From a virus, in IMG/VR virus record IMGVR_UViG_3300032251_000001, positions 71,789 to 135,788 of that record: a DNA stretch of 64,000 bases; one strand, 5' to 3'. Made by a program: the position numbers and the translations under genes. The notes beneath the pieces were generated by a model. The model was not told the DNA's origin. It worked only from the letters and a program-made list of their open reading frames with translations, and searched no databases. This document shows positions 29,275 to 39,380 of this stretch, piece by piece (position 1 is the stretch's first letter; each line of letters starts with the position of its first letter).

Positions 29275-29847
29275 ATGGGAGAATTAGTTTATGATGGCTT
29301 TAATAAAATTGAAATCATTGATTGTGAAGTAAAAGGTAAGATGGTTAAAAGAGAAAAACTTCATATAAATGATGCAGTTGCTGGATTAGTTTATGACTGT
29401 GAAGAAAGAATGTGTCTAGTAGAGCAGTTTAGACCTGTTCCTGGTAAGATGTCTTATGAAATACCTGCAGGTGTTATGGATAAAGGTAAAAATCCAAGAG
29501 ACACTCTTATGGAAGAATTAAGTGAGGAATGTGATTTACACATTAAAGATTTAGTAGATTTCTATTCAGGAGATATTGCAAAGTATAGAATGTTATCTGG
29601 AAGTTCAGATTCAGTAATGACTATCTATGAAATATGTGTTGTACCACAGTTTGACAAAAATGGTAAACTTTTAAAAGAAAAACCAGTAGATGATGTAGAT
29701 GTATCATCAGTTCATTGGTGTACTCTTGAAGAAGTTGAAAAATTGATTCATACTGGTAGTATAGCTGATGGGAAAACTATTATAGCATACTATCACTTTA
29801 AAGATATGATAATGAAACTTAGACGAGATGCAGCAGGAGTATATTAA
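29275..29847 (+). CDS. NUDIX hydrolase (ADP-ribose pyrophosphatase-like)
   Basis: EQFRP...EIPAGVMD...EELSEE Nudix box; IADGKT. Confidence 0.85.
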   Translation: MGELVYDGFNKIEIIDCEVKGKMVKREKLHINDAVAGLVYDCEERMCLVEQFRPVPGKMSYEIPAGVMDKGKNPRDTLMEELSEECDLHIKDLVDFYSGDIAKYRMLSGSSDSVMTIYEICVVPQFDKNGKLLKEKPVDDVDVSSVHWCTLEEVEKLIHTGSIADGKTIIAYYHFKDMIMKLRRDAAGVY

Positions 29848-29858
29848 AGGAGACCAGT

Positions 29859-30221
29859 ATGTGTAAAGAACGAGAAGATGTAGTAAGAAATTTAGCAGCG
29901 TTAATATCAGACATGTATAGACTAAAGGAAGATATTGAAAAGAAAACAATGAAAACTTCTATGTTCCTAGATAAACAACAATTCCAATTGAAGAAAACTT
30001 TATTTTCTATTGGTACTAATAATGGATTAAGAGGTTATGAGTATGGATTATTAGATTCAGATGAATTAATTTCTGAAAATTTAATACCTACCGTAGCTTA
30101 TCATGCTGGTGAGATATTTACTTATCACGCAGATAATAATCAGTTAGTAAATAGTAATGGTGAGATAGGTTTAGGTGATACTATTGACCTTTCACTATAC
30201 AGTCCTTTAATCTTTGGTTAA
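29859..30221 (+). CDS. hypothetical protein
   Basis: SD aggag; 120 aa. Confidence 0.7.
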   Translation: MCKEREDVVRNLAALISDMYRLKEDIEKKTMKTSMFLDKQQFQLKKTLFSIGTNNGLRGYEYGLLDSDELISENLIPTVAYHAGEIFTYHADNNQLVNSNGEIGLGDTIDLSLYSPLIFG

Positions 30222-30308
30222 AATATATATTATAATTTTGAAATTAAAGTTTTAAAAATAGCATCAACATAATATATATGACAACCATAAGATAAGGGAG
30301 GCATCTTA

Positions 30309-31679
30309 ATGAAATTGAAATTCGTTAGCTTTGACGACATGTATGATGAAAAATGCGTGGTGAACAATCATGAAGGAATAGATTCAAAAACAAAAAAGTT
30401 TAATGCAGATGGAATTTTCTCTGAGAGCATCTTCGGTAAGCTTGACAATGAAAGCGTAGCTTTTACTTGTTCATGTGGGAAGAAGAAGGGTAAATTTTAT
30501 GAAGGCACTTCATGTGAAGAATGTAACAGTGATGTTGTGTTCACAGAACCAATGGTAAATAGAAGAGCATGGATTTTACTAAATGACTTCTATATATTAA
30601 ATCCCAATTTCTATAAATTCTTAACAAAGATTTGTAAGAAAACAACGCTTAATAACATTATAGCGTATCAAGGGAAACTTGATAAAGATGGAGTTATCGT
30701 CGATAGTGAAACTGATGACTGTCCTTATAATAATATAGGATTAGTTGAATTCAGAGAAAGATTTGATGAGATATTAGATTACTTCCATAAAACATCTAAT
30801 AGTAAGATTAAAGATTCAATATATAATCTTATAAAGAAGAACAAAGAGCATGTATTTATTAATAAAGTTCCAGTGTATTCAACTACTCTAAGACCTGCTT
30901 TGATGATGAAAGAGAAATTGATATTTGATGAAGTAAACAATACTTACAACTCGATTATCCTTAACTCAAACATTATAAAGGAAGTAAATCAAATAGAGAG
31001 TGAAGATGGTAAACTTACTATATATCCATTGATGTACAACATTCAACTTCAAGCCAACCAAGTATTTGAAAAGATTGTTGATAACATTAAAGGTAAGAGT
31101 GGTTTCATTAGAAATAATATGATGGGAAGTAGAGTTAACTTCTCAGCAAGAACTGTAATTACACCATTACCTTCTGGTTATGGTATTGATTCTATTGTTG
31201 TTCCATATTTAGCATTTATGGAGTTGTACAAGTTCCAGATACTCAATATACTAAGTCGTGTTAAAGGTATCAGTATTGGGGAAGCTAATACTATATGGAA
31301 TAAAGGTACAACAACATTTAGTCAAGAATTATATGACATAATGAAAGAAATAATTAAAAAGGTAGATTGTAAAGTATTACTTAACAGACCACCTACTATT
31401 TCATATGGTTCTATTCTATGTTTAACAATAGTTGATATTAAGCATGACTATGATGATTTAACTTCAAGTATTCATAATTGTATATTAGATTTACTTGCAG
31501 GTGACTATGATGGTGATGTATTGTCTATTTTCCCATTGATAGATGAGTCATTAAAGAGAACATTCAGTAAGTCATTCAGTCCACGTAACATGCTTATCAG
31601 TAGTGATAACGGTATGTTTAATGGTAGATTGAATATAGATAGAGACCAAGCGTTAGGTATCTATAGTTTTAATTGTTAA
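30309..31679 (+). CDS. rpoC: phage multisubunit RNA polymerase beta-prime, N-terminal/catalytic part
   Basis: GIFSESIFG, Zn finger CSC...CEEC, LRP, KSGFIR, RVNFSARTVI, LNRPP, catalytic AGDYDGD. Confidence 0.92.
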   Translation: MKLKFVSFDDMYDEKCVVNNHEGIDSKTKKFNADGIFSESIFGKLDNESVAFTCSCGKKKGKFYEGTSCEECNSDVVFTEPMVNRRAWILLNDFYILNPNFYKFLTKICKKTTLNNIIAYQGKLDKDGVIVDSETDDCPYNNIGLVEFRERFDEILDYFHKTSNSKIKDSIYNLIKKNKEHVFINKVPVYSTTLRPALMMKEKLIFDEVNNTYNSIILNSNIIKEVNQIESEDGKLTIYPLMYNIQLQANQVFEKIVDNIKGKSGFIRNNMMGSRVNFSARTVITPLPSGYGIDSIVVPYLAFMELYKFQILNILSRVKGISIGEANTIWNKGTTTFSQELYDIMKEIIKKVDCKVLLNRPPTISYGSILCLTIVDIKHDYDDLTSSIHNCILDLLAGDYDGDVLSIFPLIDESLKRTFSKSFSPRNMLISSDNGMFNGRLNIDRDQALGIYSFNC

Positions 31680-31731
31680 AAATATAGCAGATAATCTTAA
31701 GGGATTATCTGCTTTTTATATTGGAGGTAAT

Positions 31732-32301
31732 ATGTCTAAAAGAAAATTAGTAGTATTTGAGAAAATACCTGATGAAGAAATAATAAATCATATACAAAGT
31801 ATTGGTTTTTGTTTTGGTCAGAAAAGTAAAGGTCAAAAGACTATAGCAGCATGTTGCACTTTTAAGAGAACTGTTAAGAGAACTACATATACTCATAATG
31901 TAGATTGTATGTTCCGACTAGAATTTACTGATGCTTTGAAAGAATTAGTTGGTATTAAATCTGGATATGGTAGAGTAAAGTTTGATAGATTCTTTGACAC
32001 TGAAGAAGGTAAACAATATTGTATTGACAATTGTTGGGAAATTAAACATGGAATTGAAAAACATAATAAGACAGTCGAAGATAACAATGCTAGAGAAGTT
32101 TTAATGCATAAACAAGGTTTAGATTATGATAAAAACCAAAGAAAACATCTTAGGTTGTTTAATATAGGTTATTCTTATGACAGATGTCTTAAAGATGGTG
32201 GCGATATGATGATGGGTCATGCTAATATGATTAAGAAATATGGTCTAACTAAAGCTCAAAAAGAGAGATTATCTTTTATGGGAACTTTGGAGGATTTATA
32301 A
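31732..32301 (+). CDS. hypothetical protein
   Basis: SD ggagg; 189 aa. Confidence 0.7.
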   Translation: MSKRKLVVFEKIPDEEIINHIQSIGFCFGQKSKGQKTIAACCTFKRTVKRTTYTHNVDCMFRLEFTDALKELVGIKSGYGRVKFDRFFDTEEGKQYCIDNCWEIKHGIEKHNKTVEDNNAREVLMHKQGLDYDKNQRKHLRLFNIGYSYDRCLKDGGDMMMGHANMIKKYGLTKAQKERLSFMGTLEDL

Positions 32302-32552
32302 TGGATAATGTAGTTGTTAAAAACTGGGAAGAATTAGCTGCTATAGAACCACAAGAGTCTGACACACATACATTAAGTGTTGATTTAGATATGGGTCTTG
32401 GTAGATTAAGACCTAAGAACGAAGATTGTAAGGTAGGACGTAGGTATTTAAGTACACATTCGTTTTATCAAAATTCACGTAAGGGTACTGAGTATATACT
32501 TCGTGAATGTGGATTCAATATAACTGTCACTGAAAATGAAAGAGAGGATTAA
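32301..32552 (+). CDS. hypothetical protein
   Basis: TAATG coupling. Confidence 0.7.
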   Translation: MDNVVVKNWEELAAIEPQESDTHTLSVDLDMGLGRLRPKNEDCKVGRRYLSTHSFYQNSRKGTEYILRECGFNITVTENERED

Positions 32553-32557
32553 TAAAA

Positions 32558-32962
32558 ATGGAAAAAGTAATTACTTTAAAAGATTATATGAAAGCTGCAA
32601 TGCAACAATTCATCAATGATAATGATGTATTAGATTTATCTGATAATAACTTAGATGACTTAATTGGAGAATCTTATACATTTGAAGGTGAAGAGTTTAT
32701 GGAAGCTGTTGATGTTAACTTTAGAGAAATGTTTGATGAAGAAACACAATATGAAGTATCTCTAGGTTCTATTTCAGTTGATAAAAATGATGATTGGACT
32801 ATTAATGCTATTACTGAAAGTCATTGGAAGGATGAAGATAATTATAATGCTAATCCAGTTGTATTATTGATATTCATTCAACAACCTGTTGAAAATGAAA
32901 TGATAAATAGAGCAACATATCTTGCTGGAGACTTAACTATTAAGGAGGAAACAAATGAGTAA
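32558..32962 (+). CDS. acidic hypothetical protein
   Basis: In operon; D/E rich. Confidence 0.7.
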   Translation: MEKVITLKDYMKAAMQQFINDNDVLDLSDNNLDDLIGESYTFEGEEFMEAVDVNFREMFDEETQYEVSLGSISVDKNDDWTINAITESHWKDEDNYNANPVVLLIFIQQPVENEMINRATYLAGDLTIKEETNE

Positions 32963-33440
32963 AGATATTAAATTAAGTGATGGTATTATTTTAAAACTAG
33001 ACCCTGACAATTCAAGACCTAGTCCAAAGAATTATATTGAGATTAAATGTGAGTTTGAACATGGTGATGCTGATGGAGAAAGTTCAAACCTTGAAACTTT
33101 ATCTCTTGATACTGAGGAAGATAGAGTTGTTGCTATTAAAACTTTAATAGGATTATATCTTAGAGAGTATCATGAAGATAGTGTAGAATGTTTTGAAGAA
33201 GAAGATAACTATGAAAATATTAAAGCAATGTTTAACTTCTTTGAAGATGAGGATGAATATATGGCATACCTTGAAGATGGATATAATTTTACTAGAACTG
33301 ATGACTTGTACTATACAGATACAATTATAGATAGTGAACCAGAAATTACAGTCTTCTATGATGGTAATATTTATGATTATAATTCTCTATTTGAGTTTAA
33401 TGGTGATGGATTAGATGTGTCTGGTGGAATAAAACTTTAA
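32955..33440 (+). CDS. acidic hypothetical protein
   Basis: SD aggagg; CEFEHGDAD motif. Confidence 0.7.
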   Translation: MSKDIKLSDGIILKLDPDNSRPSPKNYIEIKCEFEHGDADGESSNLETLSLDTEEDRVVAIKTLIGLYLREYHEDSVECFEEEDNYENIKAMFNFFEDEDEYMAYLEDGYNFTRTDDLYYTDTIIDSEPEITVFYDGNIYDYNSLFEFNGDGLDVSGGIKL

Positions 33441-33488
33441 ACAAAAAAAAATAGACAATGATGTTATGTCAAAGTCTATTTTTTTTTA

Positions 33489-33773
33489 TTAAAACATTGC
33501 TATGAATACTTCTACCATTATTTTTTGCTCATCTGTTAATACATAATCATCTTGTACTACTTCGGCAATAAGATTAATATTGTGTAATGCTTCTTCTTCA
33601 GTAATGTTTTCAGAAGCCATGTAATTCTTTATAAAAGTTTGCTGTGCTTCTAATGATTCTTTAAGAGCATCATACATTGTATAAATACTAATATCTTCAA
33701 TAATTGTTCCATCTGAATATCTGTGTGCGTTTGCTTCTTTTGACATTGACAATCTTCCTGATAAACTTAACAT
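33489..33773 (-). CDS. hypothetical protein with conserved upstream cassette
   Basis: ccatatatactaggaggtatattATG is identical (26 nt) to 14971-14996. Confidence 0.75.
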   Translation of the reverse strand: MLSLSGRLSMSKEANAHRYSDGTIIEDISIYTMYDALKESLEAQQTFIKNYMASENITEEEALHNINLIAEVVQDDYVLTDEQKIMVEVFIAMF

Positions 33774-33858
33774 AATATACCTCCTAGTATATATGGATTA
33801 TTGTTTAATATACTACATTGTATATTAAAAGTCTTATATAAATAACATTGAATAAAAT

Positions 33859-33902
33859 TATCGTAGCTTGGTCACATTGATACAACGCTTGCAAGTCAGA
33901 GT
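33859..33902 (-). repeat. 44-bp dispersed repeat (copy at 39702-39745) overlapping a sigma70-like promoter
   Basis: 43/44 identity; minus strand TTGTAT-N17-GATAAT (33885 to 33857). Confidence 0.85.
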
Positions 33903-34055
33903 TTTTTCCATTATAATATTATATAAGGAACGTAGATAATCAATTAAAGTAAAGTCTTTAATTGGTGTTATCAATAATATGATATATATTTAGGAACATA
34001 GTAAATACGCTTTTTCAAATGTAGTTAGAACATATTAATAATTGTTGAAAGGAGA

Positions 34056-35294
34056 ATGTTTATGCAACTAAATAACAATATAATGAGTTGCTTTATTTCA
34101 ACATCTGTTTCATCTGTGGTAGGCAATTTAACAACAGTTGCTAAAGATTATATAGAAAGTAAATTTCCTAGAAATTATTTTAAGGAAGTTCATGTAACTA
34201 CAGAGATAAGTTCTTCAGAAATGAAAGAAGATGCAGATGATGTTAAGAAGAAAAGACTCCCTATATTATCTATTAACCCAATATTTATGCCAAGTGCTAA
34301 TGATACATTAATGGAATCATATCCTAGATGGAGACGTGGTGGTAAGAGATATATGTTTAGAGACACTAAGAGTAGATACTATCCAGTATTCTTTGATGAT
34401 GTTAATGACATATATGTATGGGCAATACCTAATAGAATTAAGGTAAACTTTGAAATGAAAGTAAAAGTAGCATCAAGTATGAGACAGATGGATTTAATAT
34501 ACTATATCCGTCAGAGAATGGGTACAAGTGGTTATTCATTTTTGAACGAGCAGAGATTAGAGACAGAAATACCAAAATCTATAATTAAGGGGATGACCCA
34601 GCTAACAGGAGTAGATACTACCGATAATGACCAAGTTTTGGAATTCTTGAATTATCTACAGAGATATTCTAATGGATATGTGACTAGAAAGAATAATTTA
34701 TCATCTGGTAATCCAATGTATCAATTTGCTTATGGTTCTAATATACTTATTCATGGTGAAAGTGGAAGTGAAGGAGATAAAGAGAAGATTAATATGGTTG
34801 AAAAAGAAAGCAATGTATCATTTGCATTTTCTTTTGAGACATGGATACCTTCTACATTTATTTTAGAAAGTAAAAACGAAGTTACTTATGATAATGAAGA
34901 AGAATATGTATTTGATGATGAAAATATATCATTTGCACAATCATTCAATATTAAACCTAATAGAATTAGAGGACATAAGTCTGAATTAAGATGGGAAGGG
35001 TATGTTACTGACGTTAATAAGACCATAGATACTGTAGAACTTGAAAGTTTATTTACTGAAAAGCAGAAGAAGGTTATTAGATATTTAATAGATAACTCAT
35101 TAAATATTGATGAAGTATTTGAGATGGTTTCATTTAGAGATATGAAAGAATTAGTTAAAGATATAGACTATACTTTTGACTGGGATACTTTAACTTTAAC
35201 TTCAATTAACCCTCATCAAAACTATACACATTTTGTTGGTTTGTATGCAGACTTAAAGCTACTTGAAGAAAACTTCAAAAAAATAAAAGAGTAA
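34056..35294 (+). CDS. probable virion structural protein (tail-completion-like) of AR9-like phages
   Basis: 412 aa, beta-rich; AACA-N6-TA at 34029. Function inferred. Confidence 0.45.
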   Translation: MFMQLNNNIMSCFISTSVSSVVGNLTTVAKDYIESKFPRNYFKEVHVTTEISSSEMKEDADDVKKKRLPILSINPIFMPSANDTLMESYPRWRRGGKRYMFRDTKSRYYPVFFDDVNDIYVWAIPNRIKVNFEMKVKVASSMRQMDLIYYIRQRMGTSGYSFLNEQRLETEIPKSIIKGMTQLTGVDTTDNDQVLEFLNYLQRYSNGYVTRKNNLSSGNPMYQFAYGSNILIHGESGSEGDKEKINMVEKESNVSFAFSFETWIPSTFILESKNEVTYDNEEEYVFDDENISFAQSFNIKPNRIRGHKSELRWEGYVTDVNKTIDTVELESLFTEKQKKVIRYLIDNSLNIDEVFEMVSFRDMKELVKDIDYTFDWDTLTLTSINPHQNYTHFVGLYADLKLLEENFKKIKE

Positions 35295-35321
35295 TAGCCT
35301 AATAAGCTATTACTCTTCTTT

Positions 35322-37118
35322 TTAAACTTCTAATATCTTTGCTTTAACAGTTTTGAATTTAACATCATCCATCTTAATATTAGGTTTAAAGAAATCATTA
35401 AACCAATCAATAAATACTTCCTCTTTAGTTAATTCAACACCAAATCCAGCTACATCTTGTAAGAACTCAGACTTATTAATAGAAGAGCCTGGACAAGTCT
35501 TACTAGAATACTCATTATGGAATACACTCTTAATGTTAAATAATCCATTAAAGTACTTAGTGAATTCAAGCATAGATTCTTTTTGTGGACCACTAAATGT
35601 ATCATTACCTTTATCAAAGTTTGCAATCATTTCAATAGCAAATCCTAGGTAATTTCTACCTTTAATTGATGCAGGGTTACTGTTAAAGTCTCTACCAACA
35701 ATCCACTTACCATCTGGAGCTAATGATAGATGTTGACCTATATCTCTCCATTTAAGAGTATTTACATGGTAGTTCCACATACCTTGCTGTAGTGACTGAT
35801 GGTTAGTACCAGTAAAGTGTTTGTGAGAAGGACTCCAAGTATGATGAACATGTAACTCTCTAGGAGTTCTAGTCCATTTAAATTGTTGACAATACTTAAT
35901 TAATTCAGCAGTTGTCATTACTTTAAATCTTTCATCTTCACTACCAACTAACTTAATATACTTACCACTTGTCCATTTATCTTCACCAATTCTATACCAA
36001 CCATTCTTCTCTTCATAAACTTTAACAACTTCATTTCGGTCTAAACGGTCTACAATAGGACAGTCTTTATAATTTGAACTACTAACAACTTTACCACCAC
36101 GAATATTCAATACACTTGTGCCAGTAACTATACCTTTTTGTGTTTCTTCTTCTACAGGCTTTGGAATTACTTTAACGTAATCTCTAACATATGCCTTATT
36201 TGCAGATATAAATTGATTTTTATCAGTTCTATACCAACCATTAGCTACACCAGTTACAGTAACAATGTCTCCTTTAAAGTAATCTCCAACATCATCATAC
36301 TGGACACCAGAACCTTCTCTAATATTTAATCTTGTAGCAATAATTTGAACTTTCTTGTTAATTTTTTCCATGTGATTATCAACATAGTCAATCTTATATT
36401 CTTTAGCATAAATAACTAAGGCATTAGCAATATTTCTTTCAACTCCACCATTAAGATAGTTAACAACTTTACCATCAACTTCCATTTCAGATGAACCACC
36501 ACCATCAGCGTTAACTGAGTTGTGTGCCTGTAGTTCCATCATAACTTCAGCACTTTCTTCAGCTGTAAGTCCTTTATCATTAGTATTTCTACCTTCAGCA
36601 ACAACTAATAACATAGTGTTATCAAGTCTTTGACCAACTAATGTTCTTGGATGTCTTTCATTAGAATGTGTATGATGTTCAGCACCTTCTAAATTAATTT
36701 CACCATCTTTAGTAAGTCTATAAGATAATGATGCACCCCATTGTGCTTTTCGGTCATACTTAGCTTTGAATTCTGCAGTACTTATATCTTCAATAATAAG
36801 TTTATTATTCATAAAGATAGTTTCCATAAAACCTTTACCAATAGAATCTGGTGTACTGAATGTGAAACCACTATCAGTATAGTCTAATCCTACTGCTGCA
36901 ACCTTTTTTACCCATGCAAAGAAAGATAAGTTTACTGCTGCAACTTTCTTATAACCTCTGTCTTCAAACCATTTGTGTCTAATTTTAGTTAAAGGTTCTC
37001 TTTTCTTTCTATCTCCAGCACAGTTCATTACAATTAAGTCTTTACTAGGCATGAATTCTAAAACATGAATATCTGTACCAAATCTTCTCATAGTACTATA
37101 TTTAACCAACTGCTTCAT
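35322..37118 (-). CDS. modular endolysin: phosphodiester glycosidase (NAGPA/DUF2233) + 2x SH3b + Amidase_2
   Basis: HPRT...EGR...GLT...NADGGGSS; two LNIR...GWYR SH3b repeats; HVHHT...DIGQH...AIE...H...KTCPG; start moved to ATG 37118 (SD aggagg). Confidence 0.85.
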   Translation of the reverse strand: MKQLVKYSTMRRFGTDIHVLEFMPSKDLIVMNCAGDRKKREPLTKIRHKWFEDRGYKKVAAVNLSFFAWVKKVAAVGLDYTDSGFTFSTPDSIGKGFMETIFMNNKLIIEDISTAEFKAKYDRKAQWGASLSYRLTKDGEINLEGAEHHTHSNERHPRTLVGQRLDNTMLLVVAEGRNTNDKGLTAEESAEVMMELQAHNSVNADGGGSSEMEVDGKVVNYLNGGVERNIANALVIYAKEYKIDYVDNHMEKINKKVQIIATRLNIREGSGVQYDDVGDYFKGDIVTVTGVANGWYRTDKNQFISANKAYVRDYVKVIPKPVEEETQKGIVTGTSVLNIRGGKVVSSSNYKDCPIVDRLDRNEVVKVYEEKNGWYRIGEDKWTSGKYIKLVGSEDERFKVMTTAELIKYCQQFKWTRTPRELHVHHTWSPSHKHFTGTNHQSLQQGMWNYHVNTLKWRDIGQHLSLAPDGKWIVGRDFNSNPASIKGRNYLGFAIEMIANFDKGNDTFSGPQKESMLEFTKYFNGLFNIKSVFHNEYSSKTCPGSSINKSEFLQDVAGFGVELTKEEVFIDWFNDFFKPNIKMDDVKFKTVKAKILEV

Positions 37119-37485
37119 CATCGTCCTCCTCTTCTGAATCATAACCATAATCATTATAGTCACGATAATCTTCTTCATTGTTATTAGTTACCTTAACTCG
37201 GTTATCTTCTTTCTTGTTAAGTACTTTGTCATTTCGACTAACAAACTTGTTAACCATTTTAGTTCCAAAGTAACCACCCAATATAACCATAAGTGGATTT
37301 GACATAATTCTTAATGTGTCTACTACTGCATCTTGAATGTTACTTTCAAGAAATAGACCCTTCCATACAATCATACCTGATGCGGCTACAAATGCTATAA
37401 CAAATACCACACTTATAAAATCGGTGATTGATACTCCATCCGCATCATTAAGAAAAGTTCTAATTTTTCGTGCCATGATATGCAC
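37102..37485 (-). CDS. putative holin (two TM helices, charged C-terminal tail)
   Basis: Two TM segments; overlaps the endolysin start. Confidence 0.6.
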   Translation of the reverse strand: MHIMARKIRTFLNDADGVSITDFISVVFVIAFVAASGMIVWKGLFLESNIQDAVVDTLRIMSNPLMVILGGYFGTKMVNKFVSRNDKVLNKKEDNRVKVTNNNEEDYRDYNDYGYDSEEEDDDEAVG

Positions 37486-37678
37486 CTCCCTAGTTTATTA
37501 TACCTACTTACAATATTTAAATTTAGTGGTTATACCTTAAACATATAGATATAAATCATTTAAATATAATTAATTGTTAATGGAATAATGTAAAAATAAT
37601 GTATGATAATTATAGACCTTTCAAATTCATTTCTGTAACAAATTAATAAATATTATCTTAAAAATAAGGAGGATTTCC

Positions 37679-38716
37679 ATGAAAGAGAAGGAGAAAGATA
37701 ATAGCAAGGTTAACTTGGTACTTACGAAAGCACAAAATAAGAGAATTAAAATTCTTGGTACAGTTGCTTTATCTATTATGATATTATCAGTCTCTATTAT
37801 ATTTATTTTCATACAAAATATAGAAATAGAAGAGGGTAAGACTGAAGTTTATCTTAAGGAAATAGATGAGTTAGAATGGTCATTAGTTAATGCTATTATT
37901 GAAGAGAACATTGAAAAAGCAAACATGCAATCAAAAAGATTAAAAAGTGAAATTGAGCATAGAATTGTTGATGATTATGGAGACAATTTTGAATTACTAA
38001 AGAAAGATTTTGATTATCCCACTGAAGATGCTAAATTTACAATTCTAGTTAATGAAGTAATGGATAATGTATATCTTAATATTAATAATGATAACAACGA
38101 CCCTTTCTTAGCTTTTACTGAGTTGGGAGTGTTTTCAGATAAAAGTTTAAACTGTAGTTCTGATGGAGAGCAAAGAAGTTGGGAAGAAGAAATATTAAAA
38201 CATTCAAATGTTAAATTAGCTGAAGAAGCTGTTAAAGCCTTAATTAATATGGAGAACTCTAAAACAATTTTCTGGGAGTTTCTTCCTTCAACTAACACTA
38301 ATCATACACAAATAGATGAGATGAGAATTTCTCATTTAAAAGACATATTTTTTAAAGAAGGTTTAAGGGGTTTAGAAACATATGAGTTCTTGAGTCCGAG
38401 TTATATAACACCTGATGGTGATATATTCGGGACTGATGATGTTAATAGTTTTGGGTACAAGTTATCCAATTATAAAATTATTGTAGTACAGGGGTTCAAC
38501 ATTGTTGATGCTATAAATCAAACTAAGAGAGAAGAATTAAGACGATTTGAAGAGTCTAGAAATCTAATTATAAGAGAATGTGAGTATGAAATTAATCTTA
38601 CAAAGATTACATTATTCTTAATATTAGGTATAATCTTCTTAACATTCATTTCAGTTATATCTGTTTATAACAATGAATTGGATGCAATAGGGGATAAAAA
38701 TCAAGAGGCTTCATAA
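37679..38716 (+). CDS. membrane protein with two TM helices flanking a large extracytoplasmic domain
   Basis: TM near the N-terminus and near the C-terminus; AACA-N6-TA at 37637. Confidence 0.7.
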   Translation: MKEKEKDNSKVNLVLTKAQNKRIKILGTVALSIMILSVSIIFIFIQNIEIEEGKTEVYLKEIDELEWSLVNAIIEENIEKANMQSKRLKSEIEHRIVDDYGDNFELLKKDFDYPTEDAKFTILVNEVMDNVYLNINNDNNDPFLAFTELGVFSDKSLNCSSDGEQRSWEEEILKHSNVKLAEEAVKALINMENSKTIFWEFLPSTNTNHTQIDEMRISHLKDIFFKEGLRGLETYEFLSPSYITPDGDIFGTDDVNSFGYKLSNYKIIVVQGFNIVDAINQTKREELRRFEESRNLIIRECEYEINLTKITLFLILGIIFLTFISVISVYNNELDAIGDKNQEAS

Positions 38717-38752
38717 CTTTAAGAAGAATATTAAAGAAGGGAAGATAATCTA

Positions 38753-39121
38753 ATGGATATGGAAAGTATAAAAGTGATTGACTTCTTTGTAGAGTATTCT
38801 TTAACATTAGTAGTTATCTTTTTCCCTTCACTTATAGGTAGTTTTGGAAAAGAATATCTTGCTATTATGCAAGGCAAAGCTAGAAAAATTAGTATCCCTA
38901 AAATGATAATTGCATCATTGACATCAACAATCCTTCTGTTTGGCTTCTCAGACGTATTATTATCTAAGATAAGCTTTAAGATTTTGATGGTACTAGCTTT
39001 TGTCACTGGATTGGTAGGATTCCAATTGTTTGAACAACTATCTACACTTGAAGGAATTAAAAAGTTAGCTAACGATTTTAAAGAGTTTAGAGACTATAAA
39101 AAGAAGGATGATAAAAAATAA
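38753..39121 (+). CDS. three-TM membrane protein (holin-like)
   Basis: Three hydrophobic segments; basic C-terminus. Confidence 0.6.
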   Translation: MDMESIKVIDFFVEYSLTLVVIFFPSLIGSFGKEYLAIMQGKARKISIPKMIIASLTSTILLFGFSDVLLSKISFKILMVLAFVTGLVGFQLFEQLSTLEGIKKLANDFKEFRDYKKKDDKK

Positions 39122-39191
39122 CAATGGACATATATCTTAATTGATATATGTCCTGTTTTGTTTACAAAAAAAAATAAACCATGTTAATAGT

Positions 39192-39362
39192 TTATTTTTT
39201 AATTAGTGTTACATACTTCTCATCAATGTGTACGTTATTTAAGTCTAGTTTTACTTCTATAGCACTAGCAATTCCACATCTAGATGGATAGTAATCTACC
39301 ATTGATAAATTTTTAAAGTTTTTAATATCTTCTCTTTCTATAAATATTGTAATACTGTTCAT
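39192..39362 (-). CDS. 56-aa hypothetical protein (not in ORF track)
   Basis: SD aggagag; MNSITIFIER...TLIKK stop, read manually. Confidence 0.6.
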   Translation of the reverse strand: MNSITIFIEREDIKNFKNLSMVDYYPSRCGIASAIEVKLDLNNVHIDEKYVTLIKK

Positions 39363-39380
39363 AATCCACTCTCCTTTTTA

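Noticed and set aside
37119-37178. Extended hydrophobic N-terminus (signal or SAR) on the lysin in the ORF-track call
   Set aside because: It overlaps the holin-like gene in another frame and lacks an SD; AGGAGG supports a start at 37118.
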